Part shown: positions 1-11,557 of the stretch, one piece after another | Layout of the letters: the number at the start of each line of letters is the position of its first letter | How positions within the stretch are numbered: the stretch's first letter is position 1 | NCBI GenBank assembly: GCA_963841915.1 | Contig: CAWJEN010000006.1 | Coordinates: forward strand, 448,001-512,000 | DNA length: 64,000 nucleotides | DNA from: an uncultured Planctomycetota bacterium | GTDB taxonomy: Bacteria; Planctomycetota; Phycisphaerae; Tepidisphaerales; Tepidisphaeraceae | Direction of reading: 5' to 3' | Notes under the pieces: generated by a model | Told to the model about the DNA's origin: nothing | Databases searched by the model: none | Seen by the model: only the letters and a program-made list of their open reading frames with translations | Translations under genes and position numbers: made by a program

Positions 1-292
1 GATATCCGCCGGTGACGTTGCCGTCGAGAATGCTGTTGACGTTGTTAAGGAAGTCGTCTGGCGAACCGAGTGACGCCAGCAGCGCGTCGAGCCCACCAGC
101 AAATCCCTCGGCTGCAAGGCTCGCATCCAGTACGGCAGCATCCTGATCACTGAGCATCTGCCCCGCGTCGAGCACCTGCTCGGTACCGGCGATGAGGTCG
201 TACTCGGTGACGCGGGTCGTCGACAAGAGGCGACGGCGTTCGAGCGACTCGAGCGTGGCGGCGGCAGCGTGGCCGAGGGCGGAGGACGGCAT
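1..292 (-). CDS. Secreted protein with planctomycete LEPRxLL-type N-terminal motif (5' part only; runs off window)
   Basis: Not in the ORF track. Manual translation from ATG at 292 gives MPSSALGHAAAATLESLERRRLLSTTRVTEYDLIAG..., open to position 1. LESLERRRLLS matches the planctomycete extracellular-protein motif. Confidence 0.75.
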   Translation of the reverse strand, partial: MPSSALGHAAAATLESLERRRLLSTTRVTEYDLIAGTEQVLDAGQMLSDQDAAVLDASLAAEGFAGGLDALLASLGSPDDFLNNVNSILDGNVTGGY

Positions 293-501
293 GAGCAATC
301 TCTGGAAGAAAATCAGATTCGGTGGCGACAAAATGTCGCCACAAGGGCGACAACAAAGGTACTCGCTACCTGCTAGTGCGGCAACAGGTTCGATAACGCA
401 AATTTGTCGTACATGCCGTCTCGCGTCCACGGGGCCGGCAGGCAGTCCATTCGGATCGAGATTTCCAGCCCCGGCAGGGTATTGAAGCGGCAGACACGCC
501 C

Positions 502-2232
502 TTATCGCGCTGTGCCATACTGCTCGGCGAACTTCTGCTCCGTGCGAGCATCACCGATGAGCAGGATGTCGCCCTCTACCGGCAGCATCGTGTCACTAGG
601 CGGATTGACCGTCATCACGCCATCGACCACCGTCGCGATGATCGTTGCGCCCGTGTCCTGACGCACACTCGTTTCGGCCAGCACAAGCCCGGTCAGGGCG
701 TCAGGGATCGGCACGCGCACGATGCTCAATCCCTCGGCAACTGGGACGACACTGTCCTGACGCAGCAGGTTCATCACGCGACTTGCGCCAAGGCTAGCCG
801 TCGACATCACGGAGTCGGCGCCGGCGCGGTGCAACGTGCGGACGTTGCTCTCGTGCGTCGCGCGGCTGACGATCTGCAAGTCCGGACGAAGGTCGCGCAG
901 CAGAATCGTCAGGTAAATGTTGGCTGAGTCGTCGTGCGGCGTGAGCAGGACGGCAGGGGTCGTGTCGATGCCGGCCCGCTTGAGCGTCTCACCGTCGGCG
1001 GCGTCACCGACGATGAAGCGGTCTTCGTTGATGTCCGGTGGGCGGCGGGTCGGATCGCTTTCCACCATAATCCAGTCGACACCGCGTTCGGTTAATGCTT
1101 GAGCCGCCGCCCGGCCGACGCGGCCACCACCGACGAGGATGACGGGATCGCCCGTGACGTTGTAGATCGCAAAGCCTTCATCGTAGAATTCGAGCTGTTG
1201 TCGCGTACCGCCGAGCAGTAACACAGAGCGTTCACCGATCATGGTGCCGGGTTGGGCGACGGTGAATTCGCCGCGTTCCCACAGGCCAAGCACGACGACG
1301 CCGAATTCGGCCGAAATGTTGTTCTCGGCGATGGTTTTACCGACCAGCGGTGTGCGGGCAGCGTTGGCTTCAGCGATCTGCAGGTCACCGATGGCGTCGA
1401 TGACGTGGCTCCGCGCGTCACCGCCGATGCACCGACGGGCCATCGCCTCGCCCGTCAGATCCGCCAGCACCACGGCGTGTGTCGCACCGGCCAGCTTGAG
1501 CACCTCGGCACTTCGCAAACGTCCGACGCTGGCAACTATGGGCACGTGGGTCGATACCTCGCGGGCGACGAACGTGATCTTCGTGTTTGTTGCGTCGTCA
1601 CACGTTGTGGCCAACAGGGCGGCATTTGTCAGGCGGCATCGGCGGTACGTCTCGACATCACCGAGGCTGCCAACCATGACGTGCAGGCCGGAGTCGTTGA
1701 GGCGCAACGCCTCTTCGCGGTCCGGCACGATCAGCACGTAGTCAAAGCCAAACCGCTGACACCGGGCGATGACGCTGCTGGCCACCGGATCGTGCTGCGT
1801 CAGGACGATGTGCCCGCGCGTGTTGGGGTCCAGCTCCGTCGGTGCGCGACCGGCGACCTGTGCCTCAACCCACGGCTGATAAAAGAAGCGGATAACGGTA
1901 AACGGCAACAAAACCAGCAAGAACAACACGCCGCTGAGCAGAACGAGCAGGCTGAAGGCCCGGCCGACATCGCCCTCGAAGGTGATGTCCCCGAAGCCGA
2001 GCGTCGACATGACGGTCAGGGTCCAGTAGAAGCCCGTGGTCCAGGAGTGGTCCTGGTCCTCCATCGCCATGAGGTAGTGAAACGTGACGCTGTAGGCCAC
2101 GATCATCACCATCAGGACGAACATGAACCGCCACAGCAGCACGCGATTGTGCTTACCGGGGCGGTCCTTGGCCCAGATAGCGAGTTGTGCGCCGAAGCCC
2201 TTCACGTCGAGAAACGTAGCGTGCGGGGGCAA
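502..2232 (-). CDS. Potassium channel protein (2TM pore plus tandem RCK/TrkA-N and TrkA-C domains)
   Basis: Pore filter TMSTLGFGD between two TM helices; Rossmann motif VGGGRVG; GDAAD...LKRAGI; C-terminal TrkA-C-like segment. Confidence 0.9.
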   Translation of the reverse strand: MPPHATFLDVKGFGAQLAIWAKDRPGKHNRVLLWRFMFVLMVMIVAYSVTFHYLMAMEDQDHSWTTGFYWTLTVMSTLGFGDITFEGDVGRAFSLLVLLSGVLFLLVLLPFTVIRFFYQPWVEAQVAGRAPTELDPNTRGHIVLTQHDPVASSVIARCQRFGFDYVLIVPDREEALRLNDSGLHVMVGSLGDVETYRRCRLTNAALLATTCDDATNTKITFVAREVSTHVPIVASVGRLRSAEVLKLAGATHAVVLADLTGEAMARRCIGGDARSHVIDAIGDLQIAEANAARTPLVGKTIAENNISAEFGVVVLGLWERGEFTVAQPGTMIGERSVLLLGGTRQQLEFYDEGFAIYNVTGDPVILVGGGRVGRAAAQALTERGVDWIMVESDPTRRPPDINEDRFIVGDAADGETLKRAGIDTTPAVLLTPHDDSANIYLTILLRDLRPDLQIVSRATHESNVRTLHRAGADSVMSTASLGASRVMNLLRQDSVVPVAEGLSIVRVPIPDALTGLVLAETSVRQDTGATIIATVVDGVMTVNPPSDTMLPVEGDILLIGDARTEQKFAEQYGTAR

Positions 2233-2273
2233 CGCCGGCCAGGCGGCCCGTCGCAGTACACCGCCGCGGCCGG

Positions 2274-4502
2274 CTACTCATCCACGTCCAGCAGGTGCTC
2301 CACAAAGAACTCACGACGCTTGCGTTCGCCGTAAGAACCACCACTCGTGTGGCCGGCATTGGGGATGACGAGCAGGTCGAAGTCCTTGTCGGCTTGGATG
2401 AGTGCGTCGACGACCTGCATTGTGCTGGCTGGGTCGACGTTCTGATCAACCTCGCCGAGGATCAGTAGCAAATGCCCTTGAAGCTTGGCGGCGTGGGTGA
2501 CGTTGCTCTGCTCTGCGTAGTGCGGACCGACCGGCCAGCCCATCCAGTATTCGTTCCACCAGATCTTGTCTATGCGGTTGTCGTGACAGCCGCATGCGCT
2601 GACGCAGACTTTGTAGAAGTCGGGGTACATCAGCATGCCTCGGAGGCTGGCTTGACCGCCTGCGCTGGTGCCGTAGATACCGACGCGGTCCAGGTCCATG
2701 AACGGGAACTTCGCCGCCGCTGCCTTAATCCATGGGATGCGATCCGGGAATCCGGCATCGCCGAGATTCTTGTAGCCGATGTCCCAGTGACGGCGGCTCG
2801 GCCAGACCGTGACGGCCGGGTCATTGACCACCACGATGAAGCCCAATTCCGCCAGCGCGCGGCGGCCGTTGTACGCTTGGAACCCCTTGGGTGCGATCGG
2901 CAGCCCCATGTAAATGTCTTCGATGATTGGGTACTTCTTCGACTCGTCCAGATCGGTTGGCGTGTAGATCGCACCGTGGACGATCAGCGTCTCGTCACGT
3001 CCTTCGGCAGCAAAGGCAATCGGGGGTTTCCACCCGGTGGCGTACAACGCCGAAGCGTCGGCCTCTTCAAGGGTCGCCAGTAACTGACCGTCGTCGCCTC
3101 CCCGAAACTCGTGCACCGGCGGCTGATCGATGCGTGACCAGGTGACGGTGTAGTGCGACCGGTCCGGTGAGAAGCTCGGCTCGTCGTGGGTGCCGTCAGC
3201 GTCTGTGAGCCAGGTAACGTTGCCGTCGAGATCGACCTTCGCGAAATGCGTGTAAAGCGGATCACGACCATCGGGTCGGCCGTAGGTCTGTAGCCAGAGC
3301 AGTTGCTTTTCATCGTCGTTTGCGATGATCTTGCGGACCGCCCAGTCGCCTTGCGTGAGCTGGCGAATGATTTCGCCCTTGTCTGCATCGAAAAGGTACA
3401 AGTGGTTCCAGCCGTCGCGCTCGCTCATCCAGATGACGCGGGTGTCGTCGATCCAGCGGAGGTAGTACTTGTCCTGGTGAGCGATGTGCGTGTCGCGAGC
3501 TTCTTCGATAACGGTCCGCGAGACGCCGGTATCAGCATTAACGGAGACGACCCGCATCACGAGATGCCCTCGCTCGTTATAGACAAAGCTGAATGCCGAC
3601 GCATCGCCTCGCCAGCGGATGTCGCGGATCGACCACGGGTTGGGCCACAACGCGTCGTCCACTTTGACCTGCGTCGGCTCACCCGTCTCGGCATCCTCGA
3701 CGTGGAACAGTTGCGGCTTGGCAATCGGGATCTGGTCACCAGCCTTGCGGTACGAGAACTCGATAAGCTCCGGCTGCAATTGGTCGACGGGGCTCGTGCG
3801 GACGATCTTGACCTTGCGGTCAAAGCCATCTCGGGTCCGCAAGACGACGAACTTTTTAGAGTCCGGCGACCAGTAGACGCGGCCGTCGTAGGCGTCCGTC
3901 GGTGAGCCGTCAAAGCTGACTTGCACCATCGGTGCGTTGAGGCGCTTCAGAAAAACGTTGTGGTCACGCAGAATGACGCGAAAGGTGCCGTCGGGCGAGG
4001 AGCGGGCGTCGTCCTCGGACTCCCGCCGGTTTTGGCGTTCCTGATGCTCGACCGGGTCGAGCATCTCAATCGCAACACCATCGGTGAATTTTGCCCGCCA
4101 CCGCTTGTCACCAGCATCGAACTCGATGATGACGACGGCGTCGCCATCAATCAGCTTGACATTTTGCAGTGGCAACGCGTCTGCAGCGACATCCTCGCCG
4201 AGTTCCTTGGCCAAAGCTTGTGCGAGTATTGCGTGGTCAAAGGCGGGCGACGGTTCGGGTGACTCGGCCGACGCCTTCTTCCAAGCGTGCGTTCTCGGGC
4301 CGGTCGACGCTCGGTAGATGAGCGAGGCTCCGTTGGCCCAAATCGGCGTCAGCTTCATGCCGACGACCTTGTCGCGGTACAGCTCTGGCAACTTGTCGGC
4401 CGCGGCGTGTTTGGCATCGGTTGCCGCCACTGCGGAGGAACAGGCACAGGCCAGCAGGGCGAGCAGAACGATGAGTAGACGACGCTTCAAGTGCGTTATC
4501 AT
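2274..4502 (-). CDS. S9B family dipeptidyl-peptidase IV-like serine peptidase, secreted
   Basis: Signal peptide from Met at 4502; DPPIV-N propeller motifs (SERDGWNHLY); catalytic GTSAGG, DQNV and GH. Confidence 0.9.
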   Translation of the reverse strand: MITHLKRRLLIVLLALLACACSSAVAATDAKHAAADKLPELYRDKVVGMKLTPIWANGASLIYRASTGPRTHAWKKASAESPEPSPAFDHAILAQALAKELGEDVAADALPLQNVKLIDGDAVVIIEFDAGDKRWRAKFTDGVAIEMLDPVEHQERQNRRESEDDARSSPDGTFRVILRDHNVFLKRLNAPMVQVSFDGSPTDAYDGRVYWSPDSKKFVVLRTRDGFDRKVKIVRTSPVDQLQPELIEFSYRKAGDQIPIAKPQLFHVEDAETGEPTQVKVDDALWPNPWSIRDIRWRGDASAFSFVYNERGHLVMRVVSVNADTGVSRTVIEEARDTHIAHQDKYYLRWIDDTRVIWMSERDGWNHLYLFDADKGEIIRQLTQGDWAVRKIIANDDEKQLLWLQTYGRPDGRDPLYTHFAKVDLDGNVTWLTDADGTHDEPSFSPDRSHYTVTWSRIDQPPVHEFRGGDDGQLLATLEEADASALYATGWKPPIAFAAEGRDETLIVHGAIYTPTDLDESKKYPIIEDIYMGLPIAPKGFQAYNGRRALAELGFIVVVNDPAVTVWPSRRHWDIGYKNLGDAGFPDRIPWIKAAAAKFPFMDLDRVGIYGTSAGGQASLRGMLMYPDFYKVCVSACGCHDNRIDKIWWNEYWMGWPVGPHYAEQSNVTHAAKLQGHLLLILGEVDQNVDPASTMQVVDALIQADKDFDLLVIPNAGHTSGGSYGERKRREFFVEHLLDVDE

Positions 4503-4564
4503 CGACCAGTCGAGGCCGCCCGCAAGTTCTGGTGACCGCGTTCTACATCCAAAACCCTGCAATA

Positions 4565-4597
4565 GAAAGGAGCGGCGACCTTTCGGCCACCGCTCCT
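4565..4597 (-). terminator. Intrinsic terminator downstream of atpD
   Basis: Minus-strand AGGAGCGGTGGCC-GAAA-GGTCGCCGCTCCT followed by TTCT. Confidence 0.65.
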
Positions 4598-4621
4598 GAG
4601 TACTTCAAAGTTGAGTCGGTC

Positions 4622-6262
<1,641 letters not shown>

Positions 6263-6437
6263 TCAATCTGCCGCCCAAACCCCTGAGGTGGGGATCTGCT
6301 AAAGCGTTGCGATCAGACGTTGGCAGCCAAGCCCCACGTGGGTATAGTTATTTAGGAAACAGCATCCCCCCGACCGCATTTGTTGTGGCCGGTCGCGACT
6401 GCCCCCGACGCGACTGGTTCACACGCAGGCCCTTGTC

Positions 6438-7637
6438 TTATGACAGGGGCCTGTTTTGTTGATGTTCTTGAACTGTCACTTTTCGCGCCGCTGCGAGAAA
6501 CGCGTCGTAGTTCTGACGCATCTCTCGCACGCTGTCGCCGCCAAATTTGTCAACAAGGGCGGTTGCGATCTCGAAAGCCACCACGTTCTCAAGCACCACG
6601 CCTGCCGCGCTGATGGCAGAGACATCGCTGCGTTCCCAGCCGGCCTCGCTGGCTTCTTTTGTGTTAAGATCGATCGACCGCAGCGGCTTGCCCAGCGTGC
6701 TAATCGGTTTCATCGCCGCCCGGACGACCACCGGCTGGCCGTTGGTCATGCCGCCTTCGAGCCCGCCGGCGTTGTTGCTGCCACGCTTGTATCCGAGCGT
6801 CGGCGTCTCGCGAGTCGTCTCGTCGAAGAAGATCTCATCATGCACCTGTGAGCCGGGCCGACGTGCAGTCTCAAAACCTAGTCCGATCTCGACGCCCTTG
6901 AACGCCTGAATGCCCATGACCGCTCCGCCGATGCGACTGTCGAGCTTATCAAACCAGTTCATGCTCGAGCCGAGCCCGACAGGGCAGCCGAAGACGTGAC
7001 ACTCGATGATGCCGCCTGCGGTGTCTTTGGCCATCTTCTGGTCGCGAATAAACGACCGCATCTGCTCGGCTGCCGCTTCGTCGGGGCAGTAAAGGTCGTT
7101 GGCGTCACGCCGAATCAGCATGTCACGCCAGTTCTCAGCCGTGACCTCGAATTCACCCGTGGCGGGTCCGACGGCGCGGACAAAGCCGAACGCCTCGATG
7201 TCGAACATCTTGAGTAGACACCTGGACAACGCACCGGCTGCAACCCGTGCCGCCGTCTCGCGGGCGCTGGCCCGTTCGAGTGTCTCACGGCAGTCGGTCG
7301 TGAGCCATTTGGCCGCGCCGGCCAAGTCGGCATGTCCCGGCCGGGGCTTGTAGAGCGGGGGCGTCCGCTCCAGATCGTCCAGGCGGCTGTCCTTGTTCTT
7401 GACCTTCATGACGATCGGCGCACCGGTCGACTTGCCCAGCCGCACGCCGCTGAGGTACTCGGCTTTGTCAGTCTCGATCTTCTGCCTTCCCCCGCGGCCG
7501 TACCCGCCTTGACGCCGTTTGAGCTCCAAGTCGACAAAGTCACTGTCGATCTCCACACCCGCAGGCATGCCATCGACCAGCGCAAAGAGCCCGGGCCCGT
7601 GCGATTCTCCGGCAGTGCGATACGAAAGCGTCGGCAT
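6438..7637 (-). CDS. aroC: Chorismate synthase
   Basis: TAGESHG, RPGHAD, ERASARETAARVAAG, GGLEGGMTNG, MKPISTL. Confidence 0.97.
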   Translation of the reverse strand: MPTLSYRTAGESHGPGLFALVDGMPAGVEIDSDFVDLELKRRQGGYGRGGRQKIETDKAEYLSGVRLGKSTGAPIVMKVKNKDSRLDDLERTPPLYKPRPGHADLAGAAKWLTTDCRETLERASARETAARVAAGALSRCLLKMFDIEAFGFVRAVGPATGEFEVTAENWRDMLIRRDANDLYCPDEAAAEQMRSFIRDQKMAKDTAGGIIECHVFGCPVGLGSSMNWFDKLDSRIGGAVMGIQAFKGVEIGLGFETARRPGSQVHDEIFFDETTRETPTLGYKRGSNNAGGLEGGMTNGQPVVVRAAMKPISTLGKPLRSIDLNTKEASEAGWERSDVSAISAAGVVLENVVAFEIATALVDKFGGDSVREMRQNYDAFLAAARKVTVQEHQQNRPLS

Positions 7638-7646
7638 TGCCGCAGC

Positions 7647-8312
7647 CTATTCCCCTGCACGTTCCACGTGGAACAAGTCGCTGCGTGTCGTGACCTTCAC
7701 GTTACCGGTATCTCCGGCGACGACGCGTACCGGGTAGCCTGCCGCTTCGAGCACACTCGCATCATCCGTCGCCCCGGCCGGTGCTCGCTCCAGCGCCTCG
7801 ACATACCAATCCAGCCGCATCGCCTGAGGCGTCTGCACCGCCACCAGCTCCGCCCGGGGCAACGTCTCGACGACTACTCCGTCACGACGCCGCTTGATCG
7901 TGTCCGTCACCGCCACGCCCGGAACGGCAGCACCGAACTGCAAGGCAGTGTCGAAGACACGGTCGATCAGTTCCTGCTTCACCATCGGTCTGGCCGCGTC
8001 GTGAACGGCGACGAAGGCGGGCACCAAATCCATCCGACGGACCAGGTCGATGCCGCGTCCGACGCTGTCGTGCCTCGTCTGGCCGCCCTCGCACCACGTC
8101 ACCCGACCCGGCTCGACATCGAGCGACGCCACCACGTCCGCCCGCTTGCGTGGCCCGACCACCACAACGACGGCCACATCGGCACGTCTGGCGAAAGCGT
8201 CGATGGCGTGCTGCAGTACCGTCCGCCCGTCGGACAACGTCACATCGAGCTTGTCGCTTCCGAAGCGCGAACCCGAGCCTGCTGCTGGAAGGATGACGCT
8301 GAAAGAGGCCAC
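7647..8312 (-). CDS. ispD: 2-C-methyl-D-erythritol 4-phosphate cytidylyltransferase
   Basis: AAGSGSRFG, GGQTRHDSV, VHDAARP, QTPQ, TDDAS, NVKVTT. GTG start at 8312 inferred. Confidence 0.93.
   Translation of the reverse strand: MASFSVILPAAGSGSRFGSDKLDVTLSDGRTVLQHAIDAFARRADVAVVVVVGPRKRADVVASLDVEPGRVTWCEGGQTRHDSVGRGIDLVRRMDLVPAFVAVHDAARPMVKQELIDRVFDTALQFGAAVPGVAVTDTIKRRRDGVVVETLPRAELVAVQTPQAMRLDWYVEALERAPAGATDDASVLEAAGYPVRVVAGDTGNVKVTTRSDLFHVERAGE
7660..7675. promoter_or_regulatory. parS-like site inside the 3' end of ispD
   Basis: CGTTCCACGTGGAACA: 15/16 match to the palindrome TGTTCCACGTGGAACA. Confidence 0.75.
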
Positions 8313-8329
8313 GATTCTATAGATTCTTA

Positions 8330-9052
8330 CTAAAAAAGATCCTCGAGAATGCCCTGCACGTCGTGCTTCATGCACGTGAACATGGGCGTGTCTCGCTGGG
8401 TGTAGAGGCTCGAGTCGGTTTCGCGAAGCTGCTGCACCAGGTCAAGGAAGTCGCTCGGCACGTCGGTTTCGAAGGCGACGACAAAGTCCTGGTCGTCGAG
8501 ACCGAAGCTGTAGGTCGTGTTGAGCTTGACGCTCGGGTAGTCGTTGCCGACGCGAATGTGCTCGGTCATGGCGGCCTGGCGTTCTTCGAGCGTCTTGAGG
8601 TACCACGGCCGCGTTTTGACGAACGGGTAGACGAACAGGAACTTGCGCCTGCCCGGAACGATCTTGGCGCGGCTGTTCTCGTCGTGGAATGGATCGACCG
8701 GGTCGACGTATTGGCTGCGTTTCGTCATCGCCAGGAAGCGGTGGCTGACCTCGAGGAAGCCGGCCAGACGCGTGCGGTTGAGCTTGGCCTCCTGCTCGCG
8801 CAGGACATCGGCGTCGTAGGCGATACGCCAGACGATGAAGTCGGTGTCGGTTTTGAGGCCGACGGTCGAGTAGGTGAGCTGGATGTACTCCTGCCGCGTC
8901 TCGCCGAGCGCCTCGACGAACTGCTGCTTGATAGTCTCTTTCTCTTCGGTCCCGAGTCGGCGGACGCTGGGATCGATCTTGTACATCGTCCACGTCACGA
9001 ACTGTCGGCGGACGTCGGGGGTTGTTCCTGAAGTCGTTCCTGATTCACTCAC
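8330..9052 (-). CDS. Chlorite dismutase-family heme protein, probable coproheme decarboxylase (ChdC/HemQ-like)
   Basis: YSTVGLKTDTDFIVW; YPFVKTRPWY...ERQAAMTEH; TYSFGLDDQDFVVAFE. GTG start at 9052 inferred. Confidence 0.8.
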   Translation of the reverse strand: MSESGTTSGTTPDVRRQFVTWTMYKIDPSVRRLGTEEKETIKQQFVEALGETRQEYIQLTYSTVGLKTDTDFIVWRIAYDADVLREQEAKLNRTRLAGFLEVSHRFLAMTKRSQYVDPVDPFHDENSRAKIVPGRRKFLFVYPFVKTRPWYLKTLEERQAAMTEHIRVGNDYPSVKLNTTYSFGLDDQDFVVAFETDVPSDFLDLVQQLRETDSSLYTQRDTPMFTCMKHDVQGILEDLF

Positions 9053-9124
9053 GCCGCAGCGTACGCGTCGGCGGCGCTGCGCCGCGGCGGCCGAATCGGC
9101 GTCGGCTTCGGCGGCGGGGCAGAA

Positions 9125-9140
9125 TGTTCCACGTGGAACA
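9125..9140. promoter_or_regulatory. parS site (perfect), core of a 30-bp perfect palindrome 9118-9147
   Basis: TGTTCCACGTGGAACA within GGCAGAATGTTCCACGTGGAACATTCTGCC; intergenic. Confidence 0.88.
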
Positions 9141-9200
9141 TTCTGCCGTCCCGGCAACCCTCGCCACGCTCGGCCATCACGGTTTCTGGCGCTCGCCCGA

Positions 9201-9216
9201 TGTTCCACGTGGAACA
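9201..9216. promoter_or_regulatory. parS site (perfect)
   Basis: TGTTCCACGTGGAACA, 76 bp from the previous copy; intergenic. Confidence 0.88.
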
Positions 9217-9359
9217 TTCCGGCTCCGCCAGTGCGTCGGCGGGTCGTCGGCCGTGCGCTATGGGGTCGTCGGCGAATCCATGACTTCTTGCGTACGTGGA
9301 CCGTGCGCAAACATACCGGCTACGACCGGCTGCGCACTTTTGCCCGCAGCGAGGCCGGA

Positions 9360-9887
9360 TCAGTATTTCGCGACCGAGTGGATGCGGGTGTTGCCCAGCT
9401 TGCTCCTGCCGCCGAGCGCTTCGAGCTCGATCAGGACCGCCGCGGCGACGACTTGCCCGCCGAGGTCGTCGACGAGATCGATGCACGCCGCCATCGTTCC
9501 GCCGGTCGCCAGCACGTCGTCACAAATCAGCACCCGTTGGCCGGGCTTGATGTCGCCCGTGTGCATCTCCAGCGTGTTCGTGCCGTACTCGAGCGCGTAG
9601 TCGCGACTCCTCTTTTCCCGCGGCAGTTTCCCCGGCTTCCGCACGAGGCCAAACCCCGCCGACAGACAACAGGCGACCGCCGTCCCGAAAATGAATCCAC
9701 GGCTCTCAGCCCCGATGACCAGATCAATATGTTGCCCGCGGAACGGGTTGGCCATGAGCTCGATCGACAACGCCAACCCCGCCGGGTCTGCCAGCAAAGG
9801 CGTGATGTCGCGGAACATGATTCCCGGTTCCGGAAAATCAGGCACATCCTGGATCAGCGACTTAAGCCGTGCGACGGGGTCGTTCAT
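9360..9887 (-). CDS. apt: Adenine phosphoribosyltransferase
   Basis: PDFPEPGIMFRDITPLL, ESRGF, RKPGKLP, LEYG, DDVLATGGT. Confidence 0.97.
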   Translation of the reverse strand: MNDPVARLKSLIQDVPDFPEPGIMFRDITPLLADPAGLALSIELMANPFRGQHIDLVIGAESRGFIFGTAVACCLSAGFGLVRKPGKLPREKRSRDYALEYGTNTLEMHTGDIKPGQRVLICDDVLATGGTMAACIDLVDDLGGQVVAAAVLIELEALGGRSKLGNTRIHSVAKY

Positions 9888-10005
9888 GTCGTCGCCAGCG
9901 TAGTCAGGACGTGACCGACGCTTCTAAGCCTTCAACTCCTTGGGTTAATCGAGTCGGGCGAATCGAAGCCGAAAGACCTCGCTGCCGTCGCCCTTTTTTA
10001 CAGCG

Positions 10006-11295
10006 TTATTGCGCGTCGAGCGCTTCGTGCAGCGTGACGAGGTTCGGCGTCGAACGCTTGCCGACGTGGTGAATGATCGATCCCAGCGGGTAGGCCCGTG
10101 CGAGCGGGCTTTGCGGATCAACGGCCAGGACCAGGCAGCCGCCGCCGGGCGTTTCGCTGTTGCCGAAGGTAATGCCTCCAAAGACGAGGCGTTGGCGTTC
10201 GGTATCGACGCCGGTCGTCTCGGGCCGCTGATCGAGCTGCACCACGACCGCCAGCCGCTGTCCGCCGCGGCGGACGTGCAGGGCAACCGGCTCGCTGACG
10301 GGCGAGGCACCGACGTGTTTGACGAAGGTCTCTTCGTCCCGCACCGGGCGGTCACCCAGGGCCAGAATCACGTCGCCGGCCTTGAGGTGGCCGTCGGCGG
10401 GCGTGCCGGGGCCGACGCGGGTGACGAGCATGCCGTCGGTCGAGCTGGCGGCGCGGCCTGCGACACCGAGGTAGCCGTACGTCGGGGCGTCGCCGAGGAT
10501 CATCCGGGCCACGCGGGCCTGCATGTCGGCGTCGGCGGGCATGGCAAAGCCGATGCCGTGCGTCTGTGCCTGGGGCAGCACGACGGCCGTCACGACGCCG
10601 ATCACGCGGCCGTGCAGGTCGAGCAACGGCCCGCCGCTGTTTCCTGGATTGAGTTCTGCCGTCGTCTGCAACAGGTTGGCGTAGTGGCGCCCTTCCTGCC
10701 GGCTCAGCCGCGGCAGGCTGCGTCCGGTGGCGCTGATGAGGCCGGCCGACACGCTCATGCCGCCGTTCCCGCCCAGACCGATCGGGTTACCGACCGCCAC
10801 CGCCCACTGGCCACGCTCCGCGACGGCCGGTGCGAACGAGACGCTTTGCATCCGCATCGGGACCTTGATCACCGCCAGATCGCCACGCGGGTCGGTGGCG
10901 ACGACCATGGCCGGGATGATGCGGCCGTCGTCGGTGGTGACGTAGATCTGGCGAGCGCCTTCGACGACGTGCTGGTTGGTGACGATGTACCCGCGGCTGT
11001 CGACGCAGAAGCCGGTGCCGACGGTGCGAGCGCCGCCCGCGGTGAGCTGATCGAGGACTGCGGCGTTGAGCTTACTGGACGTGGCAGGCAGCTGCGGTGG
11101 TGCCGTGGCCATGCCGACGGTGATGGCCACGACGCCCGGCGAGGCCTTTTTGGCGACGTCGGCAAAGGCCTTTTCAAGCTTGGCCAGCGAAGCGGTCTCG
11201 CTGTGGCTGACATAGGTCCCCTGGGCCGCCGCCGGTGCGGCAGGAAGTGTCACGGCGAGGGCGGCAAACAACAGGCCGCGGCAAAGGTGGTGCAT
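10006..11295 (-). CDS. HtrA/DegP-like trypsin serine protease with PDZ domain(s), secreted
   Basis: Signal peptide from Met 11295; TNQHV, DLAVIK, NPGNSGGPL triad motifs; GYLGV PDZ start. Confidence 0.9.
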   Translation of the reverse strand: MHHLCRGLLFAALAVTLPAAPAAAQGTYVSHSETASLAKLEKAFADVAKKASPGVVAITVGMATAPPQLPATSSKLNAAVLDQLTAGGARTVGTGFCVDSRGYIVTNQHVVEGARQIYVTTDDGRIIPAMVVATDPRGDLAVIKVPMRMQSVSFAPAVAERGQWAVAVGNPIGLGGNGGMSVSAGLISATGRSLPRLSRQEGRHYANLLQTTAELNPGNSGGPLLDLHGRVIGVVTAVVLPQAQTHGIGFAMPADADMQARVARMILGDAPTYGYLGVAGRAASSTDGMLVTRVGPGTPADGHLKAGDVILALGDRPVRDEETFVKHVGASPVSEPVALHVRRGGQRLAVVVQLDQRPETTGVDTERQRLVFGGITFGNSETPGGGCLVLAVDPQSPLARAYPLGSIIHHVGKRSTPNLVTLHEALDAQ

Positions 11296-11557
11296 CTCGT
11301 TCTCTTCCGGGTTGCAACGCGACCGCGATCCGCCACGGGGCGGTCGATTGCGCATGCGGAGGTTCCACCCGATGCGTCGGCTGGATAGCCAGACAGGTTG
11401 AGGTCGATCGGTCGGCTTAATCCGAAGCGTTGGTCCTGCTCCATTGTTCAGCGAAGACCGACGCGTTGGTGCAGTCGGGCAGGATGTTGTCAGACGTAAC
11501 CTGCGGGCTTCGCGTCCGCTGACTCTGGCGGAAGCAAGCGATACCTTAATGTTTTAA

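Noticed and set aside
9053..9310. N-terminal extension of the HemQ-like ORF and 'MFHVEH' peptide repeats
   Set aside because: These are translations of the parS palindromes in intergenic DNA.
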